Made by a program: the position numbers and the translations under genes. Of a stretch of 37,789 nt of DNA, positions 8,694 to 17,493 are shown in pieces. The DNA lies in the IMG/VR virus record IMGVR_UViG_3300020043_006244, positions 1-37,789 of that record. The stretch is one strand, 5' to 3'. The first letter of the stretch is position 1, and every line of letters starts with the position of its first letter. The stretch is from a virus (Duplodnaviria > Caudoviricetes). The notes below the pieces were generated by a model, which saw nothing but the letters and a program-made list of their open reading frames with translations, ran no database searches and was not told the DNA's origin.

Positions 8694-10274
8694 TTAAATT
8701 TTGGTGTTGATGATTTGGATAATGTCTTCTAGTGGCATGTCCGGGTTTTCATCAATGAGTGCTTGTACCGCGGGGTCAACCTTCGCTTTTGTTTGCACAT
8801 AGACACGCTGTGTATCTTCGTTGAGGGGGAGTTGATTGCCATAAGCGCCATACTGAGTAGCTACCGAGAGGAACCTATCATCTAACGCTTCAGAGAGTTT
8901 TGCTTTCATCTGGTTAAGACCTTCGGTTGCACCGGTCTTCGCGGCAGGGTTTGTTATGAAGCCTTGGCTTGTTGGATCGCCGAGAAGGTCGGTTAGGATT
9001 TGAAGGTCTGGGCCGTTGAGCACGCCGAGGTTGAAAAACTCTTTAAGGTCAAGCAATGCTGCTTTGTGAACTTTCTTTAGGCGTTCGTTGTCGAATGGGC
9101 TTGTGACGCCAGAGGTAGTACCAACTTCTTTAAAGATTTTCTCGTATTCTGTGAGTGCATTGAGAGATGTTTGTGCCTTTTGGATAGCTTTGTAATTATC
9201 GTTGGCGACCATTTCTTTCTGGAGCTTGTCTACCTCTTGAGGAGATGCGATAGATTGAGGCGAGCTAGAAAGCCCTAGAGCGGCCAGCGCATCCGGTTGT
9301 CCGAGTTTAGCCAACTCAATAAGACGATTCTGTTCTGAGTTTCTTGCGGAAGCATACGAGGCGTTGATACTGGCCTGCTTCGCTTGTCTATCAAGTGCTC
9401 CAACGTACTGACCGCCGAGAGAGATTGCCTCCTCGACACTCTTAGCCTTCTGCATTTGAGATGCAATGGACGGAGGGGCTCCGTCTTGAAGCGCTTGGAG
9501 TGCAAGATTTTGGATTGTTTTGAGCTTGTCTGCTTCAGCTTGGAGCGCACGTTCACGGTTGCCCATGAGTACCTCGAACTCTTGTTGCTCTTCTCGGTTG
9601 AATGTCTCCTTGATTTCACCGTAGTTGAACTTGAGTGCGTCATTGTAATTCTGTTGCTGTTCGAGGCGAGCTTGCACGGCGCGGTCTGCGATTTCCCGGG
9701 CGCTGTCGTAGCGGCCTTGAGCGGCCATTTGAATCACGGAGAGGTCAGCCTGCTTTGAGAGAGACTCACGCTGAAGAGAGTTAATTTGCGCCTGTGCACC
9801 TCCTGCTAGTCCCCCACCCTTCTTCTGCACCTCCTCCACAGAGCGGCGAAGAGATAGTTGTTCACGGCGCATTTGGTCGTTGAGGTCATTTAGTTCAACC
9901 TGGAGGTCGTTTACACCTCCCTGCGCGTATGCGTTTGCTTGGAGCTGTGTTGGTGTCTGAGCGGTTTGAAGTGCTGAGATGTAGTCCTTGAGCGCTGAGG
10001 CTTTTGTACCTTCAGCCGCTTGTTTTTCGGCTGTCTGCCGCGCAGAAAAAGCATCCTCTGCTTGCACTTCGAGGTCTGAGAGTAGTTTCGTCTGCTGGAT
10101 AGGTTCTTTCGGCTGTTTGAGCACTACAGCAGGCGCTGGTTGGAGTGACTGTGGAGTGATTACAGGCACATTAGAGGTCACTTTCGGTGGATTTGGCACA
10201 AACACGCCGTCGACATTCTGTCCACCCTTGGTGAGTTCAATTTTTTGGTTCTTTCCGTTAGGTTTCGGCTGCAT
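8694..10274 (-). CDS. Putative internal virion (ejection) protein
   Basis: 526 aa, Gln/Ala-rich coiled coil; synteny. Confidence 0.65.
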   Translation of the reverse strand: MQPKPNGKNQKIELTKGGQNVDGVFVPNPPKVTSNVPVITPQSLQPAPAVVLKQPKEPIQQTKLLSDLEVQAEDAFSARQTAEKQAAEGTKASALKDYISALQTAQTPTQLQANAYAQGGVNDLQVELNDLNDQMRREQLSLRRSVEEVQKKGGGLAGGAQAQINSLQRESLSKQADLSVIQMAAQGRYDSAREIADRAVQARLEQQQNYNDALKFNYGEIKETFNREEQQEFEVLMGNRERALQAEADKLKTIQNLALQALQDGAPPSIASQMQKAKSVEEAISLGGQYVGALDRQAKQASINASYASARNSEQNRLIELAKLGQPDALAALGLSSSPQSIASPQEVDKLQKEMVANDNYKAIQKAQTSLNALTEYEKIFKEVGTTSGVTSPFDNERLKKVHKAALLDLKEFFNLGVLNGPDLQILTDLLGDPTSQGFITNPAAKTGATEGLNQMKAKLSEALDDRFLSVATQYGAYGNQLPLNEDTQRVYVQTKAKVDPAVQALIDENPDMPLEDIIQIINTKI

Positions 10275-10285
10275 ATTTTCTATAA

Positions 10286-12229
10286 TTATACCGCACTTTT
10301 GTCAGCGGTGTTTGTCAATTCAAGCATCGGAACAGAAGGTTCGTAACCTCGCAGCTCCACTTTGACTTGCACCCAGCTTTTCTTTGTATCAATCGTCGAA
10401 CGGTGCCAGTCTTCGTGCGGGCGGCCATATGCAATCTCACCAATTTTCGTAAAACCAGTGAGACGGAATGTGCAAGAACCTACAGTACCAATGGCTTCAT
10501 CGAGTGTGAGAGAAGTTGTGGTCGCAGATGTTTCTATAGCGGTTACGTGGGCGGTCTTCCCTTGGCCGTAGCCGTCGAGAATCTGCACCTCGTCACCTAC
10601 TTGCGTAATGTTGCGGGGGTAGAAGTCGGTAGTGACGATAGTCGTGGTGGTTGCCCATGTCCCGGCAATAGGGCGCGTAGGAGTGGACACACGGTCTTCA
10701 GAGAGAGATTTGACTACACCTTTTTCAGTAGGACCGAGTAAGCCAGACACGTAGGTGTATACAGACTTCCATGTCTCGTTGATGTTGTTGGTGTAGATGC
10801 GTTGTGTAGAGAGGCAACCTCGGTTGTACCGCTGTGTGAGTACACAGAGTACGTTGCGGCTCGTACCTCCTGGCGTTTCAACTTCGGAGCTAAAAATGAT
10901 ATTGGATGCAAAGAGCTTATCTGGTGCATCAAGGTAGTTTGATACGACGATTGCACCACTCGCATTTCCATTCATTTGGCCGTAGTCAGTGTTTGGGCCG
11001 TAGTTGAGGATATCTGTGGTACGGGTGCCACTTATGGTCATTGGCAATCCCTCAATGGTGTCTTCGAGGCACGCGGCAAGAGAGAATGTGTTGGAAGCTT
11101 GGGGGATAGCGTAGTAGATTGTGTTGTTGGAAATGCCCGTTATGCCGGATACGGAAGAGAACGTCACAGCATCACCTCGTTCTAGGTTGTGAGTCGCAGA
11201 GGTGGTGATTGTGCTACTTGAGACGGTGAAACCTGAGTCGCGCACGAGGAGGTCAGTTGTAGGAGATGCGTGGTGGTAGAGGCCCACAGCGGGGTCAAAG
11301 CACCAGATGCCCGTTTTCATTTGTGGCACTTCCCCGTTGTCTACCGAGCCGTTGATGTTGATGTAGATGAGGTCGCCAAGTACCGTCATGCCTCGTTGGT
11401 AGACTTTGCCGCGAGTGGCGTTGTTGGTGTCCCACTGCGCGCCTGCTGCGTAGTAGACAGGGAAGGCAGCAAGGTGCTGCACAGATGCGCCGTTGATAAG
11501 AAGCAACTCGCCTTCGTTGGTGACACAGGCGACAGAACCTCGGTACGGTGCTATAGAGTAAATCCAGGCGGCACCCACATCAACCTTGTACTGAGCGTCA
11601 GTGCCGTCGCCATTCCACATGAATACAGCGGCCTCACCTCCATTGATTTCCTTTGTCGCCACAAACAAGAAGCCATTGCGATAAGCGAGGGATGTCGCGA
11701 TGTAGTTCTGCGGTAGAGCGAGGACAGTAGCATAAGCGTTACCTGAAGAGTCATAGCAACGAACCTGGTACCCGTCTCCCACCGCGAGCTTGTAGTCTGG
11801 TAGAAAGTCAAAGACGGCGAGGGGATGAGGGTAGGTGGAGGTGAGAGAGCCAATGCCCGTCGTCCAAGCTCCTCCAGCGGCCATGTACGCGAGGGCGGTG
11901 GTGTCGGAGACGTAGAGACGTGAGAAGCAGGCGATACCATCTGAAACGGTGCCGAGCGTCGGGGACGAAGACACTTGCGTAAAGTTGGGAGCGCTGAGGT
12001 CGCCTCGGAACACCTTATCGTCAGTAATGAGAATGTAGTCACCGTCGAAGTAGACGATTGCCATGATGTCGCTTAGGCCGGAGGTAGAAGAATCGACGAG
12101 TGCGAGTGATTTTCGGGAGAGTATAGCGTCGCCTGCCCGATCGAAGTTCATGTTGTGCGTTTCGTGAAGCACCCCATGAATATTGCCGTCATTCGTTTGT
12201 GTCCAGCGATGGTTCTGAGGGATTTTCAT
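10286..12229 (-). CDS. Tail nozzle / tail tubular B-like beta-rich protein
   Basis: 647 aa, propeller-like beta repeats, FCCH-like insert (TSATHNLERGDAVTF); synteny. Confidence 0.65.
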   Translation of the reverse strand: MKIPQNHRWTQTNDGNIHGVLHETHNMNFDRAGDAILSRKSLALVDSSTSGLSDIMAIVYFDGDYILITDDKVFRGDLSAPNFTQVSSSPTLGTVSDGIACFSRLYVSDTTALAYMAAGGAWTTGIGSLTSTYPHPLAVFDFLPDYKLAVGDGYQVRCYDSSGNAYATVLALPQNYIATSLAYRNGFLFVATKEINGGEAAVFMWNGDGTDAQYKVDVGAAWIYSIAPYRGSVACVTNEGELLLINGASVQHLAAFPVYYAAGAQWDTNNATRGKVYQRGMTVLGDLIYININGSVDNGEVPQMKTGIWCFDPAVGLYHHASPTTDLLVRDSGFTVSSSTITTSATHNLERGDAVTFSSVSGITGISNNTIYYAIPQASNTFSLAACLEDTIEGLPMTISGTRTTDILNYGPNTDYGQMNGNASGAIVVSNYLDAPDKLFASNIIFSSEVETPGGTSRNVLCVLTQRYNRGCLSTQRIYTNNINETWKSVYTYVSGLLGPTEKGVVKSLSEDRVSTPTRPIAGTWATTTTIVTTDFYPRNITQVGDEVQILDGYGQGKTAHVTAIETSATTTSLTLDEAIGTVGSCTFRLTGFTKIGEIAYGRPHEDWHRSTIDTKKSWVQVKVELRGYEPSVPMLELTNTADKSAV

Positions 12230-12504
12230 ATAGGGTCGTAATAACCAACAATCTTCCCGTTCACTTCAAACAATCCATCATATACTTTTGCTACCGTGTA
12301 CGAGAAGGTACCCGACTCGTTCACTGAGCGGTCGTAGTCGGTGACGGTATCACTTGAGACGGCAAGAATGGAGTTTTGTAGGGCTAGAGTGAGAGCGCGC
12401 ACAATGTCGGGGTTGAGGTCGGGGGTAGTCGTAAAGCCAGCGAGCTGCTTTTCAAGCTCAGAGATGCGCTTTTCAAGTTGTGCTATTTGTTCGCGGGGGT
12501 CCAT
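12226..12504 (-). CDS. Hypothetical virion protein
   Basis: 92 aa, N-terminal coiled coil, overlaps both neighbours. Confidence 0.7.
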   Translation of the reverse strand: MDPREQIAQLEKRISELEKQLAGFTTTPDLNPDIVRALTLALQNSILAVSSDTVTDYDRSVNESGTFSYTVAKVYDGLFEVNGKIVGYYDPI

Positions 12505-13370
12505 GTTGTTGATGGTTTAGCGGCTGGTGTCCACTGTGTAGGTGCGGTAGCAGAGCCGGAAGCGGAAAAGTGGTCGGCGTCTGCTGAGAGAAGAGAATGG
12601 GTGCCAGTACCACCTACAGTAACCGAGGCATTAGTGAAAAAGTCAGCGTCGGCTGAGAGAAGTGCGGCTGTCCCGCTCGCAGAAGCCTGTGCTGGTATCG
12701 ACACAACTAGAACCATAAAGTCGTCTATTCCATTTGTTGCGGCTGTGGCTCCAAAGGAAGTAAGCGCTCGCGGGGAAGTGATACCTGATGTTGCAACAGC
12801 AAACGAGTGACTCCTACCGGCACTGAGCACCGTGTCCTGCTGTTCTGTCCAAGTAGGGTTCGTACCTGATGTCACATATGTCCCCATTAGAGAATTGGAA
12901 GATACGTCTCTCCCTGAAATCACCATTAAGATGAGTGAGTCATTGTATATCAAGTCGATTGTGTCTGTAATGGATACAGTGGTGTCACCCGTTGCGTCAG
13001 TGCCAGTTGCTTCTCCTGAGAAGGGTGACGTTGCATAGGCACCTGTTATACGTAACAAGCACCCAATGGTAGTTGATTCTATAGTGTCACTTTGTGTAAA
13101 CGTAAAATCTGATGCTGCTGCGTCACCAGAGGTAGCTTCCCTAAAAAAACAGTATATTCTGTGCGGGTTAGTTCCTGAGTATGATGTGTACGTTGACCAT
13201 CCTGCCGGAGCTGTAATCGTTCCTGCGGTGTTTCCATCGTCCGATGAGGAGACAAGCAGACCTACCATTAAATCACCAGCCGCGAGGCCCGACGGTTTCG
13301 TTATCACGCAACTCGCACCGTCTTGGGCATAGGCTCCGTTGCTCACTGACTGTATGACAGGTAGTGCCAT
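12483..13370 (-). CDS. Putative tail fibre/spike protein
   Basis: Beta-rich, KPSGLAAGDLMV, LLSADAD twice, C-terminal WTPA-x-K twice. Confidence 0.65.
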   Translation of the reverse strand: MALPVIQSVSNGAYAQDGASCVITKPSGLAAGDLMVGLLVSSSDDGNTAGTITAPAGWSTYTSYSGTNPHRIYCFFREATSGDAAASDFTFTQSDTIESTTIGCLLRITGAYATSPFSGEATGTDATGDTTVSITDTIDLIYNDSLILMVISGRDVSSNSLMGTYVTSGTNPTWTEQQDTVLSAGRSHSFAVATSGITSPRALTSFGATAATNGIDDFMVLVVSIPAQASASGTAALLSADADFFTNASVTVGGTGTHSLLSADADHFSASGSATAPTQWTPAAKPSTTWTPANK

Positions 13371-13371
13371 G

Positions 13372-13791
13372 CTATGTAGGTGTTACTGCAAAGAGTCCTT
13401 CTGCGTTAAAGGTAATGGCGAGAGTGCCAGCGACCGGAGATAGGGTACCTTCTGCGATGTCGATACACGCAATGAGTGGCGAGGTAGCTGCTACTCCGGT
13501 GTCTTTGTAGATGATGAATTTGTTTGTGCTACAGGTGATTGTGTTTTCGGAAACGTCTGCTGCATCGAATTCTACCCGAGCGTTGGCGGTGTCGATACGG
13601 ACGTCAAGAGATGCGAGCGTTTCTGTGGGTGCTCCTGATGCTACCGAAGCTGAAACGTCCGAGTAGAAGTTATCGGTGGTTAGATTCGGGGTATAGCTCG
13701 TGCTCATGTACGCGAGCTTGATTGTAGCGCTCTCTAGGGCGATATTCCCGAGAAGCAACTGCTCTAACCCCTTTAAGTACATCGTGCTCAT
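13372..13791 (-). CDS. Putative virion structural protein
   Basis: 139 aa; FDAADV and IIYKDTGVAATSPLIA as in phage fibre-base proteins. Confidence 0.65.
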   Translation of the reverse strand: MSTMYLKGLEQLLLGNIALESATIKLAYMSTSYTPNLTTDNFYSDVSASVASGAPTETLASLDVRIDTANARVEFDAADVSENTITCSTNKFIIYKDTGVAATSPLIACIDIAEGTLSPVAGTLAITFNAEGLFAVTPT

Positions 13792-13793
13792 AA

Positions 13794-14516
13794 TTATTTG
13801 TTATCTTGTTTATTGACTGTTAATCGCATTACCTCCTCTCTGTTTCGTCGCTGGTAGAACTTCGCCATCCGGTCGCGCTCGTCAGAGTAGAGTTGAGCAA
13901 TGTCGTTCTTGTTTGCGTGGTTGTTAACGATTGCGTAGTCGAGAGAAGCACCCATTGAGAGGAAGCGATGGAAAATAGGTGCGAGACCAGCCTGTTGCGT
14001 GGTGTCATCAAAAGCAAAGTAGTTTGGGGTGCGCTGAACCACAATTTCTAAGCCAGAGGTGACCGAAGCGTTTGGAGTGGGGTAGAGGCGAATCTGATCT
14101 GCGTGCTTTTCGTAGTAGAGGGGCGTTCCGGTCAATACGGGGTTTTGGGGAGAAAGATAGGTCTGAGCGGTTTCGTCGCTTTGGTCCAGGGGCGAGAGTA
14201 TGTGCCAGTTACTTGCACTGTCCTTGACGCGTACACGGGAGATGTGGAGGTGGGATGCGTCGAGTGTGTACGCTGACTGCGCTGAAACTAGGTTGGCTGT
14301 GACGGTAGCCGTAGTGGTGTACGAGGTGTCGTCGTATTGCCAACGGCTGTCATTTTCGATGATGATCGACACGGCCTTGTCGTACTGACGGTTGATGAGG
14401 TTGGTGAAGTTGTAGAGGAGATTTTCATTATCAGAGATGCGACCATACTCGTTGAAAACAATCATCTCGCAATCTTGGATGAGTCCTTGTTTTGTTGAGG
14501 TGTCGCTGAAAACCAT
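13794..14516 (-). CDS. Head-tail adaptor / tail tubular A-like protein
   Basis: 240 aa; GTPLYY and IRLYPTP; synteny. Confidence 0.7.
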   Translation of the reverse strand: MVFSDTSTKQGLIQDCEMIVFNEYGRISDNENLLYNFTNLINRQYDKAVSIIIENDSRWQYDDTSYTTTATVTANLVSAQSAYTLDASHLHISRVRVKDSASNWHILSPLDQSDETAQTYLSPQNPVLTGTPLYYEKHADQIRLYPTPNASVTSGLEIVVQRTPNYFAFDDTTQQAGLAPIFHRFLSMGASLDYAIVNNHANKNDIAQLYSDERDRMAKFYQRRNREEVMRLTVNKQDNK

Positions 14517-14518
14517 AG

Positions 14519-14788
14519 TTAGCGATAGAGGATTGTGTAATCAACGGTGCCGCCGACTGTTACGAAGAGGCCAGTATTGAATGACACTCCCATTGGCAGC
14601 GGTACGAAGTTTGGACCTGCTGTGAGCGTAATGGTGTTGAGGAGTACCGTACCGGAGCCTGCGGTGTTGTCCCAGAGCTTGATAGTCCCCGAGGTATGCG
14701 AATTGATAATGAATCCGTAGAAGGTTCCAGCAGCACTTTTTACAGCCTGCGAAGTGGTGCCGTTAAGGTATTTGGTGTTTTGTAGCAT
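14519..14788 (-). CDS. Small beta-rich virion protein
   Basis: Likely start MLQNTKYL at 14788. Confidence 0.7.
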   Translation of the reverse strand: MLQNTKYLNGTTSQAVKSAAGTFYGFIINSHTSGTIKLWDNTAGSGTVLLNTITLTAGPNFVPLPMGVSFNTGLFVTVGGTVDYTILYR

Positions 14789-14806
14789 ATTATTTATTAA
14801 GTCTGA

Positions 14807-14855
14807 TAGTGACTTGTTCCAATCCCCCATTGCTGAGGGATTGAGCAAATGACTA
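14807..14855 (-). promoter_or_regulatory. Long imperfect intergenic hairpin with GCAA tetraloop
   Basis: TAGTCATTTGCTCAATCCCTCA-GCAA-TGGGGGATTGGAACAAGTCACTA; no U-tract. Confidence 0.55.
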
Positions 14856-15323
14856 TGAGGTAGCAAATGCTGTAGCGACGGTTCCAGAGCCGAGCACGTC
14901 TCCATCAATAGACCAGCGTGTTGATGAGAGGCATGTAAATCGAATCTTGGTGCCGAGGATACCTCCAGTGGTGGTACCGTTCATAGAAACGGCGACATGT
15001 GTCGAGCCGTTAGCAGTGAAGACTGCGACGGCATTTGATGTATCCGTGTCTACGTTCGTGTAGCTTCCAATGAGAAGTTCGGTGCCTACTGCCGTGATAA
15101 CTTTTGCGGCGTTTGACGTGATAGTGGTTGTGACCACAAAGTCAAAGTATGTACCGGGCTTGGCGGTTGGAAGTGTAAAAACAATTCCTGCTGCTCGGTC
15201 AAAGAGAACTAGCGAGCCGCTCTCGTTTGCGTTGAGAGTTCGCGTCGCACCTGAGCCTGAGATTACATGCTGACGTGCGCGTACTTTATCTAGTACTAGG
15301 TCTGTTCCTCGAAGTTGAGACAT
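14853..15323 (-). CDS. Putative capsid decoration/fibre protein
   Basis: 156 aa, Thr/Gly-rich beta, FTLPTAKPG; directly after capsid gene. Confidence 0.65.
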   Translation of the reverse strand: MSQLRGTDLVLDKVRARQHVISGSGATRTLNANESGSLVLFDRAAGIVFTLPTAKPGTYFDFVVTTTITSNAAKVITAVGTELLIGSYTNVDTDTSNAVAVFTANGSTHVAVSMNGTTTGGILGTKIRFTCLSSTRWSIDGDVLGSGTVATAFATS

Positions 15324-15338
15324 ATTGTGTTTGTTAGT

Positions 15339-15404
15339 CCTCGCGGGGGAGTTCTAGGTGACGGCCCTGGTGGGGTAGCTACCACCTAGAAGCCCCCAGC
15401 GAGG
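15339..15404 (-). promoter_or_regulatory. Long hairpin downstream of capsid gene with ACCCCACCAG loop
   Basis: CCTCGC-GGGGG-TTCTAGGTG pairs with CACCTAGAA-CCCCC-GCGAGG. Confidence 0.6.
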
Positions 15405-15414
15405 GGGCTAGTAG

Positions 15415-16269
15415 TTAGCTCAAGGTAATGTCGATGATAAGTGCAGTCTTCTGTGCCCAGAGTTTGAAACCGACGTAGCCAAACGCCACGAGTTCCTTGC
15501 CTGTTTTGAGAGTGACTGACTTCTCCTCGAACTTGGCACCACCTGGCATTGCCATTGTAGCCATGTTCTTCACACCTGCGACGCGGTGGTTGTTGTTGGT
15601 CCATGTAGTAGTACCGACAGTAGCATCAGTGAATGTGCCTGTTCGTACAACGTAGATGTCGATGCCCATGAGTGAGCCAACCTTTCCGTTGTTGAGAACA
15701 GCATCAGCACTCTGGAAACCAGCTGTTGCGCCAGATCCGTAGATACCCACCATGTCGGTATTTTCAAGTACAACGAACTTGCCATTGTACGTGTCTGCAT
15801 AACCGTCGAACTTTGAGTTGAGGTTTGAGAAGATTTCAATAACGTTTGCGGCGTTACCGAATCCACCAGCAGGAGTAGTGTACGTTCCTGTACCGTCCTC
15901 GCAGAGGTTGTTGACTACCCACTGGTCAATCTTGAGCGCTACCGAGTAGTTCATTTCTCGTGTCTGCGCCTCGAAGAGGTCAAAGTTTGAGAGAGACTGC
16001 TGGAAGTCGAAGATGTGACTTGCAACGATAAACTCGTCTGTTACGGTGAGAGTGTCGTCAGTAGTAGTGGTGTCTGAGAGGGTGTACGTACCAGCAAGAG
16101 CCTGTACCGTGGTTGTTGGTGTCGCGAGGTAAGGGTTCTGGATGCGGTAGTTGTTGCTTCGGTCTACAGCGACAATCTTCTCTGCAACCATTGCGTTGCG
16201 CAGTGTGTAGTCGAGTGTCGATGCGCGGTACTTGTCACGCCATGTGCGTGACGAAATTGAGTTTGCCAT
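15415..16269 (-). CDS. Major capsid protein (HK97 fold, P22-coat-like)
   Basis: 284 aa after scaffold; GKVGSLMGIDIY and C-terminal GYVGFKLW pattern. Confidence 0.85.
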   Translation of the reverse strand: MANSISSRTWRDKYRASTLDYTLRNAMVAEKIVAVDRSNNYRIQNPYLATPTTTVQALAGTYTLSDTTTTDDTLTVTDEFIVASHIFDFQQSLSNFDLFEAQTREMNYSVALKIDQWVVNNLCEDGTGTYTTPAGGFGNAANVIEIFSNLNSKFDGYADTYNGKFVVLENTDMVGIYGSGATAGFQSADAVLNNGKVGSLMGIDIYVVRTGTFTDATVGTTTWTNNNHRVAGVKNMATMAMPGGAKFEEKSVTLKTGKELVAFGYVGFKLWAQKTALIIDITLS

Positions 16270-16305
16270 TAAGGGGTTAGTTAGTGACTATAACCCCACC
16301 AGTGG

Positions 16306-16821
16306 CTACCGCTTTGCTCTGAGCCTGAGGTCAGTGAGGCGTTGAATCTCTGAGGGTGAGTCTGGGAGTATGCCGTTTCTGGCGTTCTCCATGAGCTTCT
16401 CGTCGGAGATACTATTCGAGCCTCTTCGCACAGAGCCAGTGTTGACGGCCTGAGCTGATTTTCGTACCTCAGCTTTATCAGCAAGGATAGCTTTGAGTAC
16501 TGGCGACTTGAGAGCATCTGCTACGCGGAGTTTTGAATAGTCCGCGAACTTGATGACTTCTTCCATGTCGTCAGTTTCGATGTTCGATTTTGAAAGTGCA
16601 AGGATGTCTGTGGCCGAGAGGTTGCCTTCGATTGGCTTTGGTTGAAGTTTTGCCTTCGCCTTCGCCTTTTCGATTGCCTTCTCTGCCTTGAGCGCTCGTT
16701 CTTGCCAGTTGATTTCTTCCTCGGGCTTCCCCTCGGTTGTTCCAACTTCGGTTTCCTGAGCTTCCTCAGTAACCTCTTGAGTTTCTTCTACAGTCTCCAC
16801 TGTGTTTTCGTCGTTATCCAT
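16306..16821 (-). CDS. Capsid scaffolding protein
   Basis: Acidic N-terminus, coiled coil, directly upstream of capsid. Confidence 0.75.
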   Translation of the reverse strand: MDNDENTVETVEETQEVTEEAQETEVGTTEGKPEEEINWQERALKAEKAIEKAKAKAKLQPKPIEGNLSATDILALSKSNIETDDMEEVIKFADYSKLRVADALKSPVLKAILADKAEVRKSAQAVNTGSVRRGSNSISDEKLMENARNGILPDSPSEIQRLTDLRLRAKR

Positions 16822-16871
16822 GACGCTATGGTTGTGTAAGATGGATTTACCGCCAACTCGGTTTGTAAATA

Positions 16872-16880
16872 ATTATACCA
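16872..16880 (-). promoter_or_regulatory. Extended -10 promoter for scaffold/capsid operon
   Basis: TGGTATAAT in intergenic region. Confidence 0.6.
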
Positions 16881-16897
16881 CAGTCAAAAACGTGCAA

Positions 16898-17227
16898 CTA
16901 TTTTGCACTGTTCTGCTGTAGTCTCTTCTTTGTCTCTGCGACACTCTCTTCTTTCTTGCCTGCGAGGTTCTTGAGCTGCACAAGCTGCGATTCAACGTGA
17001 GTGATAACCATGTTGCGAGCCTTGATAGCGATGAGTGCCTGCTCGGGGGTTGCACTCTCCAATGAGAGGGAGAGCCAGAGGTCTACCACCTGCCCGATTG
17101 GGGCGTCTGCGGTAATCTCGGGTAAGAAGATTTTGCGAAGGACCTTGAGTGCTGCGTCGTTCTCAGCGAAGAGGGACTTGATGATTGCCAAGTCGTCTTC
17201 GGTGATTCTCATTTCTTTATTACCCAT
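16898..17227 (-). CDS. Hypothetical protein (head module)
   Basis: 109-aa helical ORF. Confidence 0.75.
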   Translation of the reverse strand: MGNKEMRITEDDLAIIKSLFAENDAALKVLRKIFLPEITADAPIGQVVDLWLSLSLESATPEQALIAIKARNMVITHVESQLVQLKNLAGKKEESVAETKKRLQQNSAK

Positions 17228-17444
17228 TCTTCTTTTTTGTTACCTTAGTTTTAATAACTTCTAGTTCTACATCGTTTGCGTCCTGTACAGGTGCTTCATC
17301 CTCGATATTGAGGCCGTAGCGCGCGAAGAGAGCGGCTTTTTTCTGCTCGTACTTCACTGGGTTCTGTAGCTTGTATGCACGAATTGCTTCGAGTGCAGCA
17401 AGTTGGTCGTTAGTTGGGATTGGCTTGAGGTCAATCTTTGCCAT
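17220..17444 (-). CDS. Hypothetical protein
   Basis: Likely start MAKIDL at 17444. Confidence 0.7.
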   Translation of the reverse strand: MAKIDLKPIPTNDQLAALEAIRAYKLQNPVKYEQKKAALFARYGLNIEDEAPVQDANDVELEVIKTKVTKKKNG

Positions 17445-17493
17445 AAATATGCTTCTTAAATAATTTAGTAAACTCATAATGTGCCCCCACCAG

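Noticed and set aside
17445-17477. MSLLNY start shared with ORF 31091-31372
   Set aside because: Likely true start is 17444, so the match appears coincidental
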